From: Azolla caroliniana | Lineage: Eukaryota; Plantae; Polypodiophyta | Direction of reading: 5' to 3' | NCBI GenBank assembly: GCA_043228905.1 | Contig: JBHGNT010000015.1 | Location: 6,262,001 to 6,326,000, forward strand | Length of the DNA stretch: 64,000 nt | In this document: one piece after another, positions 63,443 through 64,000 of the stretch | Position numbering within the stretch: position 1 is the stretch's first letter | Layout: every line of letters begins with the position of its first letter | The notes under the pieces: generated by a model | The model's input: only the letters and a program-made list of their open reading frames with translations | Database searches by the model: none | Told to the model about the DNA's origin: nothing | Program-made: the position numbers and the translations under genes

Positions 63443-64000
63443 GGCCAAGCGGGCCAAGAGGACGAGTGTCGGGATGAAGCGGTAACGGGAGTCACGAAGG
63501 GAGTCGGTACAAGGTGTTCGGGGCGAGGAGAAGGTCGAGCCGGAGGTGGAACACACGCGATACGCGAGGAGCAGCACCCGACGAGCAATCGAAGTAATCG
63601 GGGGTCTAACCGGAGGACATGCGCGGTGAGCAAAGGAAGGGAGACAGGATCGGCAACGGTGTTCGGGATGGCCAGTCGAAGAAGAAGGTGCGTGCGCTGG
63701 ACGTGGTGGATCGGATGGAGCTGGCGGGTCGGGGCCGGTAAGGAGCTGGCAAGACGGATCGGCTCCGGCAAGGGACCGGCAAGAAGGTTGGGTGCCGGTA
63801 AGGCGAAAGACCCGGTTGATCACCGTGGCCGAAATCTCTCACCCTTTTCCCTTCTTGGCACATACCAGTGGATGTGCAGTTTGGTGGGGGTGGATGTCGT
63901 GAAGATTTTCGTCCATAGGCGGAAACCGGGGTGGAAGGGGCAAGTCGGTGGTGTGCAACATGTGCACATGTATACTAGGATATGGTGTATAGAAAGAGAG

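Larger units (their letters stand above)
59972..64000 (+). mobile_element. Non-autonomous gag-only gypsy element C (TR-GAG-like): 5' LTR 59972-60514, Trp PBS 60519-60535, 3' LTR from 63895
   Basis: Matching LTR starts TGTCGTGAAGATTTTCGTCCA; TGGTGAACCCGACGTGA; PPT GGTGGGGGTGGA; no PR/RT/INT motifs. Confidence 0.92.

Overview
Plant nuclear DNA made almost entirely of nested, mostly decayed transposable elements; no intact host gene is evident. A ~1.2 kb mitochondrial insertion carries the atp1 5' exon with unedited C-to-U and reverse U-to-C sites and a group II intron starting after nucleotide 361, which points to a fern, most likely leptosporangiate (inference). The window holds at least five Ty1/copia fragments (one with an internal inversion) and several Ty3/gypsy elements of one clade with TGTCG...CGACA LTRs and, where retained, a tRNA-Trp PBS. 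That clade includes two non-autonomous gag-only elements with repeat-expanded ORFs. Also present: a young, near-intact Tat-like gypsy with an extra RNase H, a decayed Athila/Tat-like gypsy, a hAT element with a MITE in its terminus, a Penelope-like fragment, and an ~8.7 kb Sola-like region with three genes and a palindromic array. The best candidates for something undescribed are (1) tRNA-like Pol III cassettes built into the LTRs of at least two LTR families, (2) the multi-gene Sola-like element, and (3) a CpG-centred 4-bp target preference plus a covarying pre-PPT hairpin in the TGTCG gypsy clade. Coordinates were read by eye and no database searches were run.
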